A DNA stretch of 64,000 nt from Thermoproteota archaeon (GCA_030550235.1 JAUQPU010000002.1:231164-295163); one strand, 5' to 3'; positions 1-9,447 are shown, numbered from the stretch's first letter. The notes: a model not told the origin generated them from the letters alone. Program-made: numbers and translations.

Positions 1-1
1 A

Positions 2-187
2 TTCAAGGAAGTCTTCTTGGACTCACTGCTTAGGGCAGGGTTCAGGAACTACGTGCCAGAGAATCCTATGCTTGAGGACTCGATAGCCAAGTGGATTACA
101 GAGTATGTGGCAGGGAACGTTGACGAGGTAACCGCGACGACCGAGCTAACGAAGGAGTGGAAGAGTATTCTGAAGCTGAGCTATTAG
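2..187 (+). CDS. 3' end of an unidentified protein-coding gene; the gene begins upstream of the window
   Basis: Frame 2 is open from the window edge to TAG at 185-187 (...EYVAGNVDEVTATTELTKEWKSILKLSY*). No recognisable family from this fragment. Confidence 0.35.
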   Translation, partial: FKEVFLDSLLRAGFRNYVPENPMLEDSIAKWITEYVAGNVDEVTATTELTKEWKSILKLSY

Positions 188-204
188 CCCCACCATCAAC
201 ATCC

Positions 205-218
205 TTTTTTATTTTTTT
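205..218 (+). terminator. oligo-T tract, candidate archaeal intrinsic terminator for the upstream + strand gene
   Basis: TTTTTTATTTTTTT lies immediately after the + strand stop. It overlaps the last codons of the convergent agmatinase gene. Confidence 0.3.
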
Positions 219-1171
219 GATAAAGCTAGTAGGGAGATGAACTCGTAGATTAGGTTGGCGGCTAGAACAGCTGTTATCTCTCCGTAGTCATAGGGTGGGG
301 AGACCTCAACCAAGTCAAAGCCCACAAACTCTAGACTAGCGAGTCCGCGGAGGAGCTTGAGTGCTTCTCGGGAGGTGAGGCCGCCGACCTCGGGCGTCCC
401 AGTTCCGGGAGCGTAGGCTGGGTCGCATGCATCTATGTCGAAAGATAGATATGTGGCTCCTTCGCCTACTTTCCTCCTGATCTCACCGCAGACAGTCTCT
501 ATACCTCTCTTCTCGATGGAGTCCATAGTTATTACGTCGAATCCAAGAGACTCTGTCTCACTTATCTCGTCCTCTGAGAAGAGGCTGCCCCTAATCCCCA
601 CATGAACTGATCTGGAAGGGTCTATGAGGCCTTCTTCATAAGCCCTCCTAAACACTGTTCCATGGGTGTATTTCTGGGAGAAATGCTGGTCAACCATGTC
701 CAGATGGGCGTCTATATGAATTAGGGCCAGTCTCCCATGCCTCCTCGAGACTTCTTTCAACACGGGAAGCGATATTGAGTGGTCGCCGCCACAGACAAGC
801 GGTGTTACCCCACTATCTATTACTGTGCCTACTGTTTCAGAGATTTTCTGGTATGTAGATTCTATGCTGCTGGGCACCACGCTTATGTCTCCGAAATCGG
901 CGACGTTTAGGATGTCGAAGGGCTTGACTTTGAGATATGGGTTGTAGAGGCGTAGGAGTAGGGAGGCCTGCCTCACCGCAGCGGGCCCAAACCTAGTGCC
1001 CGGCCTGAAGACAACGCCGCCGTCGAAGGGTATGCCGATGAAGAGGGTATCGACACCTTCTAAATCCCTAGAGTGTGGGAGCCTCGCGAAGGTGTAGGGG
1101 CCTGTAAACCTAGGCGATACTAGGGAGTCAGCCGGATAGAACTTCCTGAGACCACCGGAGCCCTTAGACAC
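209..1171 (-). CDS. speB: agmatinase / ureohydrolase (arginase family)
   Basis: Arginase-family metal-binding motifs are present: GGDHSIS, DAHLD and SFDIDACDPAYAPGTGTPEVGGLT. Length 320 aa. Confidence 0.85.
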   Translation of the reverse strand: MSKGSGGLRKFYPADSLVSPRFTGPYTFARLPHSRDLEGVDTLFIGIPFDGGVVFRPGTRFGPAAVRQASLLLRLYNPYLKVKPFDILNVADFGDISVVPSSIESTYQKISETVGTVIDSGVTPLVCGGDHSISLPVLKEVSRRHGRLALIHIDAHLDMVDQHFSQKYTHGTVFRRAYEEGLIDPSRSVHVGIRGSLFSEDEISETESLGFDVITMDSIEKRGIETVCGEIRRKVGEGATYLSFDIDACDPAYAPGTGTPEVGGLTSREALKLLRGLASLEFVGFDLVEVSPPYDYGEITAVLAANLIYEFISLLALSKK

Positions 1172-1287
1172 GAATCAAGACCGTGGAGGGTGTATAAAGC
1201 ATTAATTTTAGAATTTCCATGGACGTAGCGGCTCCCTAGCTCCGGAGTAACAATTTTTAAGCCGCCTGAGGTAGAGGCTTTAGCCTC

Positions 1288-2436
1288 ATGCCAGTATCTC
1301 GGATAGACATACCGAACATAAGGCTCGGAGAGGAATTCAGCTGCAGCTGCGGTAAGAGACACCGGGTAGCGACCCGGCAGCTATTCTTCGGCGACTCGCT
1401 GGAGACGCTCCTTACCTCCCTCGACGATATAACATCTAAAGGTGGTCACGCTGTGATAGTTACCGGGCCAAGGACGCGACTCATAGCTGGCGAGACTGTC
1501 AAGGGATACTTTGCCTCGAGGGGGTTTCGTACACTTGTCATTGAGGTTGAGAGGGCTGACCTAGCCACTGTCGCGGAGGTTGAGAAGCTTGCCTCGGGCT
1601 GCTCCCTAACAGTGGCTGTGGGTGGTGGGAATGTGATAGACTCTTGCAAATACGCGGCGCACACGCTAGGTGTGCCATTCATCTCAATACCTACAACGAT
1701 ATCCCACGATGGCATAGCCTCACCTGTCGCCTCGATCCTCCTCGGCTCGAGAAGGACAAGCATAATGGCCACGCCTCCTGTAAAGGTTGTTATCGCCGAG
1801 CCACTCATCAGAAGCTCACCAAAGAGGCTAATCGCATCAGGTTGTGCGGACATACTCGCAAAGTCCACAGCCTTAAGAGACTGGCTACTAGGCCACATCA
1901 TAAAGGATGAGTACCTCTGCGAAAATACCTTAAACCTCACGGCCTCGGCCTTAAAAGATGTTAGAAGTTTTATCGACGGTGGAGGGAGAGATTTCCTACC
2001 TCTCGCTTCCGCCGCTGCGAAGTGTGGTGTAGCCATGGCGCTTGTCGGCTCCTCGAGGCCTTGCTCAGGGGCTGAACACCTCTTCTCGCACTACCTCGAT
2101 ATGGTCGGTGAAGGCTTAGGGCTTCACGGCGAGCAGGTGGGGCTCGGAGCTATACTCATGGCCGCCAGGTATGAGGACTCTGACGCACCCCCAGTGAAGG
2201 GGTTTGAGCTCTCAAGCCTAGATTTAAAAAACTATCTCTCAAGGGCAGGCGCGCCAACCAGCATAAGGGAGATTAACATCTCAACAGAGACGGCCGTAAG
2301 GGCGCTTCTAGAGTGTAAGAACCTCAGACCGGAGAGATACACCATACTACACCACGCACCGCTTACACAAACAGCCGCGCTCAAGCTCCTCAAGCAGACG
2401 GATATGCTCACCGAGACCCAGCAGCCCAAAGAATAG
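1288..2436 (+). CDS. egsA: glycerol-1-phosphate dehydrogenase [NAD(P)+] for the archaeal lipid backbone; the true start is possibly downstream
   Basis: Glycerol-dehydrogenase/DHQ-synthase-like fold motifs VAVGGGNVIDSCKYAA and IPTTISHDGIASP. Adjacent to NAD kinase, as is common in archaea. Confidence 0.7.
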   Translation: MPVSRIDIPNIRLGEEFSCSCGKRHRVATRQLFFGDSLETLLTSLDDITSKGGHAVIVTGPRTRLIAGETVKGYFASRGFRTLVIEVERADLATVAEVEKLASGCSLTVAVGGGNVIDSCKYAAHTLGVPFISIPTTISHDGIASPVASILLGSRRTSIMATPPVKVVIAEPLIRSSPKRLIASGCADILAKSTALRDWLLGHIIKDEYLCENTLNLTASALKDVRSFIDGGGRDFLPLASAAAKCGVAMALVGSSRPCSGAEHLFSHYLDMVGEGLGLHGEQVGLGAILMAARYEDSDAPPVKGFELSSLDLKNYLSRAGAPTSIREINISTETAVRALLECKNLRPERYTILHHAPLTQTAALKLLKQTDMLTETQQPKE

Positions 2437-2481
2437 TTCAACCCCCTTGCAGCGGCGGGCTGCGATGTCTTTATCACCTAG

Positions 2482-3297
2482 TTGGATGGTAGCGTGGATG
2501 GATTGTATGTTATAGTGGTGTATAGAAGAGATAAGCAGGGGGCTGACAGGGGGGCTTTAGAAGTTGGAGAACTCCTCCGGACCTACGGATGCGAGTATGA
2601 CCTCTACATGATGGATGAAAAAGGGATAAAGGAGCCTCTTGGATGCGACTACCTAATAGTCCTTGGCGGAGATGGCACCATACTGGCCTCCATCCACGCA
2701 CTTGAGGAGCCTGAGACACCAGTTCTCGCCATCTCATATGGAAGGGGTGGATATCTCGCAGATGCCTCACCCCAGGAGGCTAGGCGCGCCGTATCCGCGC
2801 TGCTTAACGGGAACTTCAGGCTTGACAGGCTCATGAGGCTCGATATAACTATAGACGGAGAGCTAATATCCGACGTAGTCAACGAGGCCTACATCTCAAA
2901 CTCCCTGGTAGGAAAGGTCGTAGAATTCGACCTAGAGGTCGAGAGGCTAAAGCTACAGAGCATAGTGGCCGACGGCATGGTCTTCTCAACACCGGTCGGC
3001 TCAACAGGATACAACACATCCCTAGGCGGCCCACTAGTCGACGAAGAGCTCGAACTAATCATAGCCACACCAGTCGCCCCCATAACAAGCCTCCGACCAA
3101 TGGTCTTCTCGGCACTAAGGCGTATAGTCATGAAAGGGGTTAGGGGGCCATTCTGCGCAGTTATCGACGGCTTAATAAGGCATGAATTTGAGAAGGGCGA
3201 GATCGTAGTCACAAAGTCACGCCACAGCACCGTCCTAGTAAGGACCTCGGAGGTATCACTCTGTGAGAGAAGAATCAAGAAGAGACTCGGAATCTAG
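2482..3297 (+). CDS. nadK: NAD+ kinase
   Basis: GGDGT motif (LIVLGGDGTIL) and the downstream DG...TPVGSTGYNTSLGGP NAD-kinase signature. Confidence 0.85.
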   Translation: MDGSVDGLYVIVVYRRDKQGADRGALEVGELLRTYGCEYDLYMMDEKGIKEPLGCDYLIVLGGDGTILASIHALEEPETPVLAISYGRGGYLADASPQEARRAVSALLNGNFRLDRLMRLDITIDGELISDVVNEAYISNSLVGKVVEFDLEVERLKLQSIVADGMVFSTPVGSTGYNTSLGGPLVDEELELIIATPVAPITSLRPMVFSALRRIVMKGVRGPFCAVIDGLIRHEFEKGEIVVTKSRHSTVLVRTSEVSLCERRIKKRLGI

Positions 3298-3676
3298 AGC
3301 CTACGTACTAGATACAAACGCGCTCCTCCTAGGATTCAGTGGAGTCAAAAACCTCTACACAACAGAAGCGGCCATTAAAGAGGTCAAATACGACGAACTC
3401 CAAGTAGCAAGGCTTGAGGCAATGCTAACATCCGGCGCATTAAAAATCGCTAGGCCAACAACAGAGGCCATAGAAAAAGTAAAAGAATCCGCAGGAAAAC
3501 AACTCGACAAGCTCTCCCAAACAGACCTAACAATACTAGCAGCAGCACTCGACCTCACAAAAACCCATAAAAAAGTCATAATCGTAACCGACGACTACAC
3601 CATACAACAACTCACAACAAAACTCCAACTAAACTTCATACCACTAAAACACAGTGGCATAAGAAAAACAAGATAA
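3263..3676 (+). CDS. PIN-domain protein (predicted ribonuclease)
   Basis: N-terminal YVLDTNALL acidic PIN motif and later VIIVTDDYTIQQ. Overlaps the nadK end by 35 nt. Confidence 0.55.
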   Translation: MREESRRDSESRAYVLDTNALLLGFSGVKNLYTTEAAIKEVKYDELQVARLEAMLTSGALKIARPTTEAIEKVKESAGKQLDKLSQTDLTILAAALDLTKTHKKVIIVTDDYTIQQLTTKLQLNFIPLKHSGIRKTR

Positions 3677-3850
3677 AAACCCGAGAACCAAACATCTGCA
3701 ACCAGCCAATATCCACTGAAGTCTTTAACAAGTGTATCAATCGCACGACCGCACCCCTAATAGCAACGAGGTTCTTAGCAGGTTTCAACCTTTCCTTCTC
3801 CTTTTGAAGGAGTTGAGTTATTTATGCTCTGGAGAGTTTAATCTTTTGTG

Positions 3851-4636
3851 TTAGATGGGTATCGGGCGGCGTTTATATACCCTATAGATAATCATGATTA
3901 GCGCCGCTATAATTGTCCACCAGGTTACTATGCGTACCGCTGTTGCATTTACACTGTGAATGTTTATGTGGGTTGGGTCTTGTGTTAGGAAGACTGCACA
4001 GAACGTGAATATGGCGACTGTCAATGCACCTATTATGTCTATTATGTTTTCTTTTCTTTGACCTGTATTGGTAATCTGCTTGGGAATTGTTTTCTTGAAT
4101 ATTAGAGCTGCCACGCTAGCTACAGCTGCAATTGTAGCGTATGTCTCAATGGTAATTTTTGGGGCTTGTGGCAAGTTTAGTTGAATGCTTATACGATAAG
4201 TTAGCCCCACAAGGACAAGTATTAGTAGTAGGGTTATTTTCTGTTTTCTAGTTAGTAACCTGTGATTCCAGTCTCGCGGGAAAAAGCGTGTTGCAATATA
4301 GAAGGTTAGGACACCCTGAATCATCCCCCACCAGAAAATATTGACATAGAAAAAAACAGGCCAATTTATGCCTAATAATTGCGGCTCAGCGAACTGGGTT
4401 GCAGGCACAAATATTGTGAAGACTGTTCCGAAAAAGAAGCCTACGATGACGAGGTGATAGTCTCTCAGGTGATATTTTCTGATCAGGTCTTCTAACAATA
4501 TAAAGTAAGGAAAGTATACCATGGATAGGAAAAGCGGCAGTAGAGGGTGAACTGTTAAGTCGTTTATACCTCTCATAGAGTATTCGAATAGTAAATTAAA
4601 TGCTACAGCGGCAAGCACTATCTTCCAATGGCTCAA
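3851..4636 (-). CDS. polytopic membrane protein, unknown function
   Basis: Multiple hydrophobic helices. Lies in a lower-GC stretch flanked by AT-rich intergenic DNA. Confidence 0.45.
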   Translation of the reverse strand: MSHWKIVLAAVAFNLLFEYSMRGINDLTVHPLLPLFLSMVYFPYFILLEDLIRKYHLRDYHLVIVGFFFGTVFTIFVPATQFAEPQLLGINWPVFFYVNIFWWGMIQGVLTFYIATRFFPRDWNHRLLTRKQKITLLLILVLVGLTYRISIQLNLPQAPKITIETYATIAAVASVAALIFKKTIPKQITNTGQRKENIIDIIGALTVAIFTFCAVFLTQDPTHINIHSVNATAVRIVTWWTIIAALIMIIYRVYKRRPIPI

Positions 4637-4846
4637 TGTAATCTATACACTCATTATTTCTAACCTAGTTTTGCTTAAAAACTTTAAGGTAGATGCGAAG
4701 CGAACAACCATAATCACGTCTATTTAACTCGAGAATTATGTTTTATGAAATCATAAATGTGCTCGTGTAGAGGTGGTCGAGGGTTAGGTTTTATCCTTTT
4801 TTAGGATTCTCGTGCCTGAGGTGTAGCATATGTTTATAATCTATAA

Positions 4847-5884
4847 ATGAGGTGGTCTGTGTGGCTGGTTATGTCTTATTCTGTGGATGAGTTTAGGTGT
4901 AGTGTTTGTGGGGCTCCGATTGATGTCTCTCCTTACTCGGTTGTGGTTGTTTGTGGTTATTGTGGGTGGAGCTCCTCTGTTGAGAGTGCTGGTTTGAAGC
5001 CTTTGGTCGTCCCGCCGGAGGATAGGGGCTTTCTCAGAGCATGGCTGGAGAAGATTGTCAGGTCAAAGGCTGGGAAAATAGCGACCGTTAGAGATGTCAG
5101 GTTTTTGATGGTGCCGGTCTGGGTCGTTTATGTAAACGCATCCACGCGATATAATGGGTATCGAACTGAAACTAGGTCGCGAAGAGTTGGGACAGGGAAA
5201 TATGCCAGAATCCAGACGTACGACGTCTACGTCCCTGTTAAAGGTGTCATCGACGAGAAGCTTGCCATCGCTGTTTATGGGCGAAGGTTCGAGTCGACAT
5301 TTGGGATTGGGACGGTGAAGTCGAGTGTCCTTGACAGGGTGCGGTCTGCTGTGGAGCTTGAGCCTTCCTTAACGAAGGGGTGGGATGTTCTTGGCTCAGA
5401 ATTCTCACAGGAAGAGGTGTTAGAAGCAGCCAAGACACGCGTAGCTGATGAGCATCGTAGAAGGCTTGAGTCGATGACGACCAAGCTCTATGACTGCTAC
5501 ACCACTGCGGATGTAGCTGGGGCACGTCTCATCCTCTACCCAGTCTTAGAGGCTCGATACGAGTCTGGTGGAAAATCATATCGGATGATTATTGATGGGG
5601 TTAAGGGCTCTACGAGGGTTTTGAAGGCGGAGCTTCCCATTACTACCTCCGCGAGAATTATTAGAGGATTAGCTGCCGCCGCTGTGGTTTTTGCTGCAGC
5701 CTTGCTTGCGTCGTTGCTCCAGCCTCTAATAGGTACGGAGATCCCTGAGGAGCTACAGCTTGCGATGACTGTCGCTCCACCGGCGATAGCGGGGTTTGCA
5801 GGGTTCTTGGGCTCAATGATGGCTACAGCTGTGCAGAGAATATCTAAAACAGTTGAAGAAATAGATATACGGGTCTTGGGGTGA
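4847..5884 (+). CDS. zinc-ribbon protein with C-terminal transmembrane region (paralog A); the true start is possibly ATG at 4871
   Basis: CSVCGAP...CGYCGW zinc ribbon near the N-terminus. A conserved block MVPVWVVYVNA is shared with the next gene. C-terminal hydrophobic segment AAAAVVFAAALLASLL...AIAGFAGFLG. A TATA-like TTTATAA sits about 35 nt upstream of 4871. Confidence 0.6.
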   Translation: MRWSVWLVMSYSVDEFRCSVCGAPIDVSPYSVVVVCGYCGWSSSVESAGLKPLVVPPEDRGFLRAWLEKIVRSKAGKIATVRDVRFLMVPVWVVYVNASTRYNGYRTETRSRRVGTGKYARIQTYDVYVPVKGVIDEKLAIAVYGRRFESTFGIGTVKSSVLDRVRSAVELEPSLTKGWDVLGSEFSQEEVLEAAKTRVADEHRRRLESMTTKLYDCYTTADVAGARLILYPVLEARYESGGKSYRMIIDGVKGSTRVLKAELPITTSARIIRGLAAAAVVFAAALLASLLQPLIGTEIPEELQLAMTVAPPAIAGFAGFLGSMMATAVQRISKTVEEIDIRVLG

Positions 5885-6894
5885 AGAAGATGTCTATCCA
5901 CATATATCAGTGCCCGAACTGCGGGGCCCCGTACAAAGTCAGAGAGGGGGACGTGGCGATAAAATGCAGTTACTGCAATACCGTCTTCAGAACATTCGAG
6001 GATGAAAAACGATTCATCATTCCAGTCTACTATGACAGTAGTCGGGCCATTGAAAACTTTCTTCTCTGGGTGAAAAAACAGACGGGCTATGAGGAGTCAC
6101 TTCCATTCAACATAAATCTTCTCGAGGTCAAACTGCATTTTTACCCATTCTGGGTTGTATCGCTTAATGCGAGGACAACCTTCACAGGAGTGGGGGAATA
6201 CGCGGAATTCAGTAACCCCGACTCAGGAGGCTATAGGAATATCAGAGTCATGACAAGAGAAGAATCTGGTAGTTTTGAGAGATTCTTCGAGCTTGTGCTA
6301 CCTGCTTCAAAAGATATCCCGTCAGAAGGTGAAGTCGTCGGCGTTTCAAGGATGAGAAAATTCTTCAGCCATGAATATGTCGAGCAGCAAGGTGGAGTTT
6401 TACACGGAGCCACAATTACGAGAGAGGATGCAAAAAGCATGGCCGAGCAGATAGCCGCAGCTGAGCTATCGAGACTTATCATGAGAGAAGTAGTGACAGT
6501 GAATACTCGAAACGATCAAATCCAGATCAAAGAGATCGCGCTCGTTTATATTCCGTTATGGCATGTGTCCTACGAGTTTAGGGGAGAGAAATATCGGGCA
6601 TTTATTGATGCCTCGTCGAGCAGGATTATCTACGCGTCTTATCCACCTGATATCGCTGAGAAGACGGCTTACTTGGGTGTTGCGGCTCTTCATGTAGTAC
6701 TAGGAGTTGTTTCAGCCTTTTTATTTTGGGGTTTTGGGTGGCTGCCAGTGGTCACCGTGTTCATCGGTTTTATTACAGCCGCTGTTGTTTATGCTTGGCG
6801 TGGTCTCTCTCCGACAAGGGCTAGAGAAATGGTTGATGAGAGAGACTTACTGAGGAAACAGGTCGAGACAGCAGCCAAGAAATGGTTGAGATAG
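5881..6894 (+). CDS. zinc-ribbon protein with C-terminal transmembrane region (paralog B)
   Basis: CPNCGAP...CSYCNT ribbon, a YPFWVVSLNA block, and the C-terminal TM AALHVVLGVVSAFLFWGFGWLPVVTVFIGFITAAVVY. Same architecture as the upstream gene. Confidence 0.6.
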   Translation: MKKMSIHIYQCPNCGAPYKVREGDVAIKCSYCNTVFRTFEDEKRFIIPVYYDSSRAIENFLLWVKKQTGYEESLPFNINLLEVKLHFYPFWVVSLNARTTFTGVGEYAEFSNPDSGGYRNIRVMTREESGSFERFFELVLPASKDIPSEGEVVGVSRMRKFFSHEYVEQQGGVLHGATITREDAKSMAEQIAAAELSRLIMREVVTVNTRNDQIQIKEIALVYIPLWHVSYEFRGEKYRAFIDASSSRIIYASYPPDIAEKTAYLGVAALHVVLGVVSAFLFWGFGWLPVVTVFIGFITAAVVYAWRGLSPTRAREMVDERDLLRKQVETAAKKWLR

Positions 6895-6937
6895 ACGGAG
6901 GTTTGAAGGAAACTATTATATTAGGGGATTCACAACG

Positions 6938-7483
6938 TTGGGCAAGATGAGCATAGAACGCGTCCGTAAAGAAATGGGACTCATGGAGAAAATCATGAGC
7001 TACATACCTGGATATAGGGGGTATAAGGAGAAGGAAATTAGAAGGGAGACAGACATTCTTGTGAGAAGAAAAATTAGCGGCATTCTCGCAGAGGCCCGGT
7101 CAATGCTAAACTCACCTCTGGGCCCGTCGGAGGCTAGAAAACTTGCCTATGATCAAGAGTCTAGGTTCGCTCTTGAAAATATTAGAACATCCCTCGACAA
7201 GGTGTCACAGCGGATAGATAAGGCCGTGGCTGGATATGCTGGGTTGTTTGACGCTGTCAAGATCCGGGAAGACAAGCTCGACGCCGTAATTAGTCATGAC
7301 CTTTCTCTGATTGAGAAGGCCGAGTCGATTAAGGCAATAGTTTCAGATCTTTTTTCGAAAAACATTGGGACTCCTGAGTGGAAAAACACGCTTACGGGCT
7401 TGATTTCAGCGGTTAGGGAGTTAGATCAGTTGATTGATGAGAGAATCGAGTTGCTGGAGGGTCTGAGCGAGGTGTCTGGCTGA
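6938..7483 (+). CDS. predicted all-helical coiled-coil protein, unknown function
   Basis: Helix-favouring composition throughout, with no TM segment. Its stop overlaps the ATG of the next gene (ATGA), suggesting translational coupling. Confidence 0.55.
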   Translation: MGKMSIERVRKEMGLMEKIMSYIPGYRGYKEKEIRRETDILVRRKISGILAEARSMLNSPLGPSEARKLAYDQESRFALENIRTSLDKVSQRIDKAVAGYAGLFDAVKIREDKLDAVISHDLSLIEKAESIKAIVSDLFSKNIGTPEWKNTLTGLISAVRELDQLIDERIELLEGLSEVSG

Positions 7484-8448
7484 TGCCTAAGGTCATTCAA
7501 TGGGTCGGGGCTAGAGAGGGAGACATAGTCTGGCGGTATCCTATAGACGAAATTGAGTGGGGGAGCAACTTAATTGTTGAGGAGTCACAGGCTGCTGTAT
7601 TTTTCCGAGATGGAAAAGCTTACGACGTGTTCAGGGCTGGTAGACATGTGATAACGACCGCAAATCTTCCACTTATCACAAAAGTTCTCTCAAGGATTGC
7701 GGGCTTTGACCGCGTACCCTTTAAGGCAATGGTTGTCTTTGTCTCTCTGAAACAGTTTCAAGGAAAGTTTGGGACACAGGGCCAGACAAGCGAGTTGGCT
7801 CCCCTTAAATTCTTTGGCAGCTTCTGGTTCAGAGTTGCTGAGCCCAACCTCTTCGTCCAAGAAGTGGTAGGCTCGCAGGGAACATATAGTACTGAGCAAA
7901 TGCAAGATTTCCTCAGGGCATATTTTAACGAGGCGCTAATCGACGAGTTGAGCCGGCACAGCATCGTCGAGGTTTACGGCAAACTCGATGAGACAAGCTT
8001 CCTTGCCAGAAATGTTGTCGGTCAGGCTTTCGTCAGGATTGGTCTGGAGTTGATTGATGTGAAGTTTGAAGGCCTTGACACCACGCCCGAGTGGAGGGAT
8101 AGAATCTTCTACCTGAGGCAGGGTGTTTCAGCAGCGGAGGTTCTTCGTATGCAGACAGTCGCTAAAACTGCTGAAGCTCTTTCCCAAAGCCAGGGCGCCG
8201 CTGTCGGAGCTGGTATCGCAGTCATACCTCCGCTTTTCCAGCAGCCTGTACAGCAGCCTCCCACTGTCGTGATCCTATGCCCCAGCTGTGGTTTCCAGAA
8301 CCCCCAGGGTGCAAAGTTCTGCAGTAACTGTGGAAAGCCCCTCGGCCCGCCACCCACGCCACAGCAACCAGCCAACAAGTGTCCAAACGGCCACGATGTT
8401 CCTCCAGGCTCTAAATTCTGCCCCGAATGCGGAGCCAAGCTATCATGA
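7483..8448 (+). CDS. SPFH/Band-7-like (Band_7_1-type) domain protein with C-terminal double zinc ribbon
   Basis: The N-terminal 230 aa resemble the PF13421 pattern (VIQWVG..DIVWRYP..SNLIVEESQAAVFFRDGK..AGRHVITTANLP..KFGTQGQ). Then a Q/P-rich linker and two ribbons, CPSCGFQNPQGAKFCSNCG and CPNGHDVPPGSKFCPECG. Confidence 0.65.
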   Translation: MPKVIQWVGAREGDIVWRYPIDEIEWGSNLIVEESQAAVFFRDGKAYDVFRAGRHVITTANLPLITKVLSRIAGFDRVPFKAMVVFVSLKQFQGKFGTQGQTSELAPLKFFGSFWFRVAEPNLFVQEVVGSQGTYSTEQMQDFLRAYFNEALIDELSRHSIVEVYGKLDETSFLARNVVGQAFVRIGLELIDVKFEGLDTTPEWRDRIFYLRQGVSAAEVLRMQTVAKTAEALSQSQGAAVGAGIAVIPPLFQQPVQQPPTVVILCPSCGFQNPQGAKFCSNCGKPLGPPPTPQQPANKCPNGHDVPPGSKFCPECGAKLS

Positions 8449-8762
8449 TCAGCTACGGGTCAGGAGCCCTAATCACCATAACATGCTCTCTAGGGATACT
8501 CCTTGTCCTAGGCGGAGCAGGGATAGTTCCAATCAACCTGCAGACAATAGCAGGCGTAGTGCTATCTATTTTCGGCATATACTCCATAGTATACAGCGTG
8601 TTTTCGAAAGATCTTTTCTACCACACACTTTGGGGTGGTGTATCAATAGCTATAGGAGCTGCATTACTTACCTCACCGGTAGTCAACCCAACCATAATGG
8701 TGGGAATAGCCCTCATTTTCATATCAATAGTAGGAGCTATAGCAGCACTTAAAAAAAGATAA
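8427..8762 (+). CDS. small membrane protein (3 predicted TM helices), last gene of the operon
   Basis: Hydrophobic 111-aa ORF overlapping the upstream gene's end by 22 nt. Confidence 0.5.
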   Translation: MRSQAIMISYGSGALITITCSLGILLVLGGAGIVPINLQTIAGVVLSIFGIYSIVYSVFSKDLFYHTLWGGVSIAIGAALLTSPVVNPTIMVGIALIFISIVGAIAALKKR

Positions 8763-8834
8763 TACAGATTCTCATCCGCGTTCGTCAACAACTTGTGATA
8801 TAGTGCATGAAGGCCCGGTAAAGAGTGTAGTTGT

Positions 8835-9366
8835 TCAAGTTATATCCAGCCGAGTCGTCGGAAGACCCAGAGCATTAGGATGGCTGTCCTCTATTGCCTC
8901 AAGCTCTTGCATAAGATTGTCCAGCATAGGGAACAAATCGTCCACCAACCTGTCCAATATTGTGTAAAGGATATAGGCCGGGCCTCTGCCCATAATGTCC
9001 TGTCGCCGGGCCGCATTGTCTCTGCACGTTTGGAAAAGCGCTGATAGGGGTTTTACATCTGACTGATTTACTGTGACGAGATAGTTTTTGCCGAGGAAGA
9101 CTCCTATCTGAGCCAATGTTATCGTGCTTCTATGGCTGTCGGTTTGGGGGAAAGTGTAGGATAGCGAATATGTGGTTAGGGTATACGTCGATTTTCGGGA
9201 GCTGGACTTTTGAGATGCAATCTTCAAGATTTAACATGCTGAAGGGGAAATGACGGCCCAGCATGTCCATCTCTCTCTGACTGGGCTTATTCACATTCAC
9301 CCAAACCACACCATCATGTCTCAGAAACTCTAAGCCGTCGAACTTCTCCACAACCCTAAACAGCAT
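8835..9366 (-). pseudogene. corA: frameshifted and 3'-truncated Mg2+ transporter CorA
   Basis: Two overlapping ORFs in different frames, 9130..9366 and 8835..9227, together match the CorA cytoplasmic domain (DGVVWVNVNKPSQREMDMLGRHF..LNLEDC..; ..KNYLVTVNQ..GPAYILYTILDRLVDDLFPMLDNL..LEAIED). The C-terminal TM helices and GMN motif are missing. Confidence 0.65.
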
Positions 9367-9447
9367 ACTACACTCTAATAAATTTCAGGCCTCTTGGATA
9401 CTATATCGTTGAGATTAACAGTCCTCCATAGACCTCCTATAGCTTCT

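Noticed and set aside
1446-2036. 196-aa minus-strand ORF inside egsA, plus a nested 88-aa + ORF
   Set aside because: Fully contained within a motif-supported coding frame. No features.
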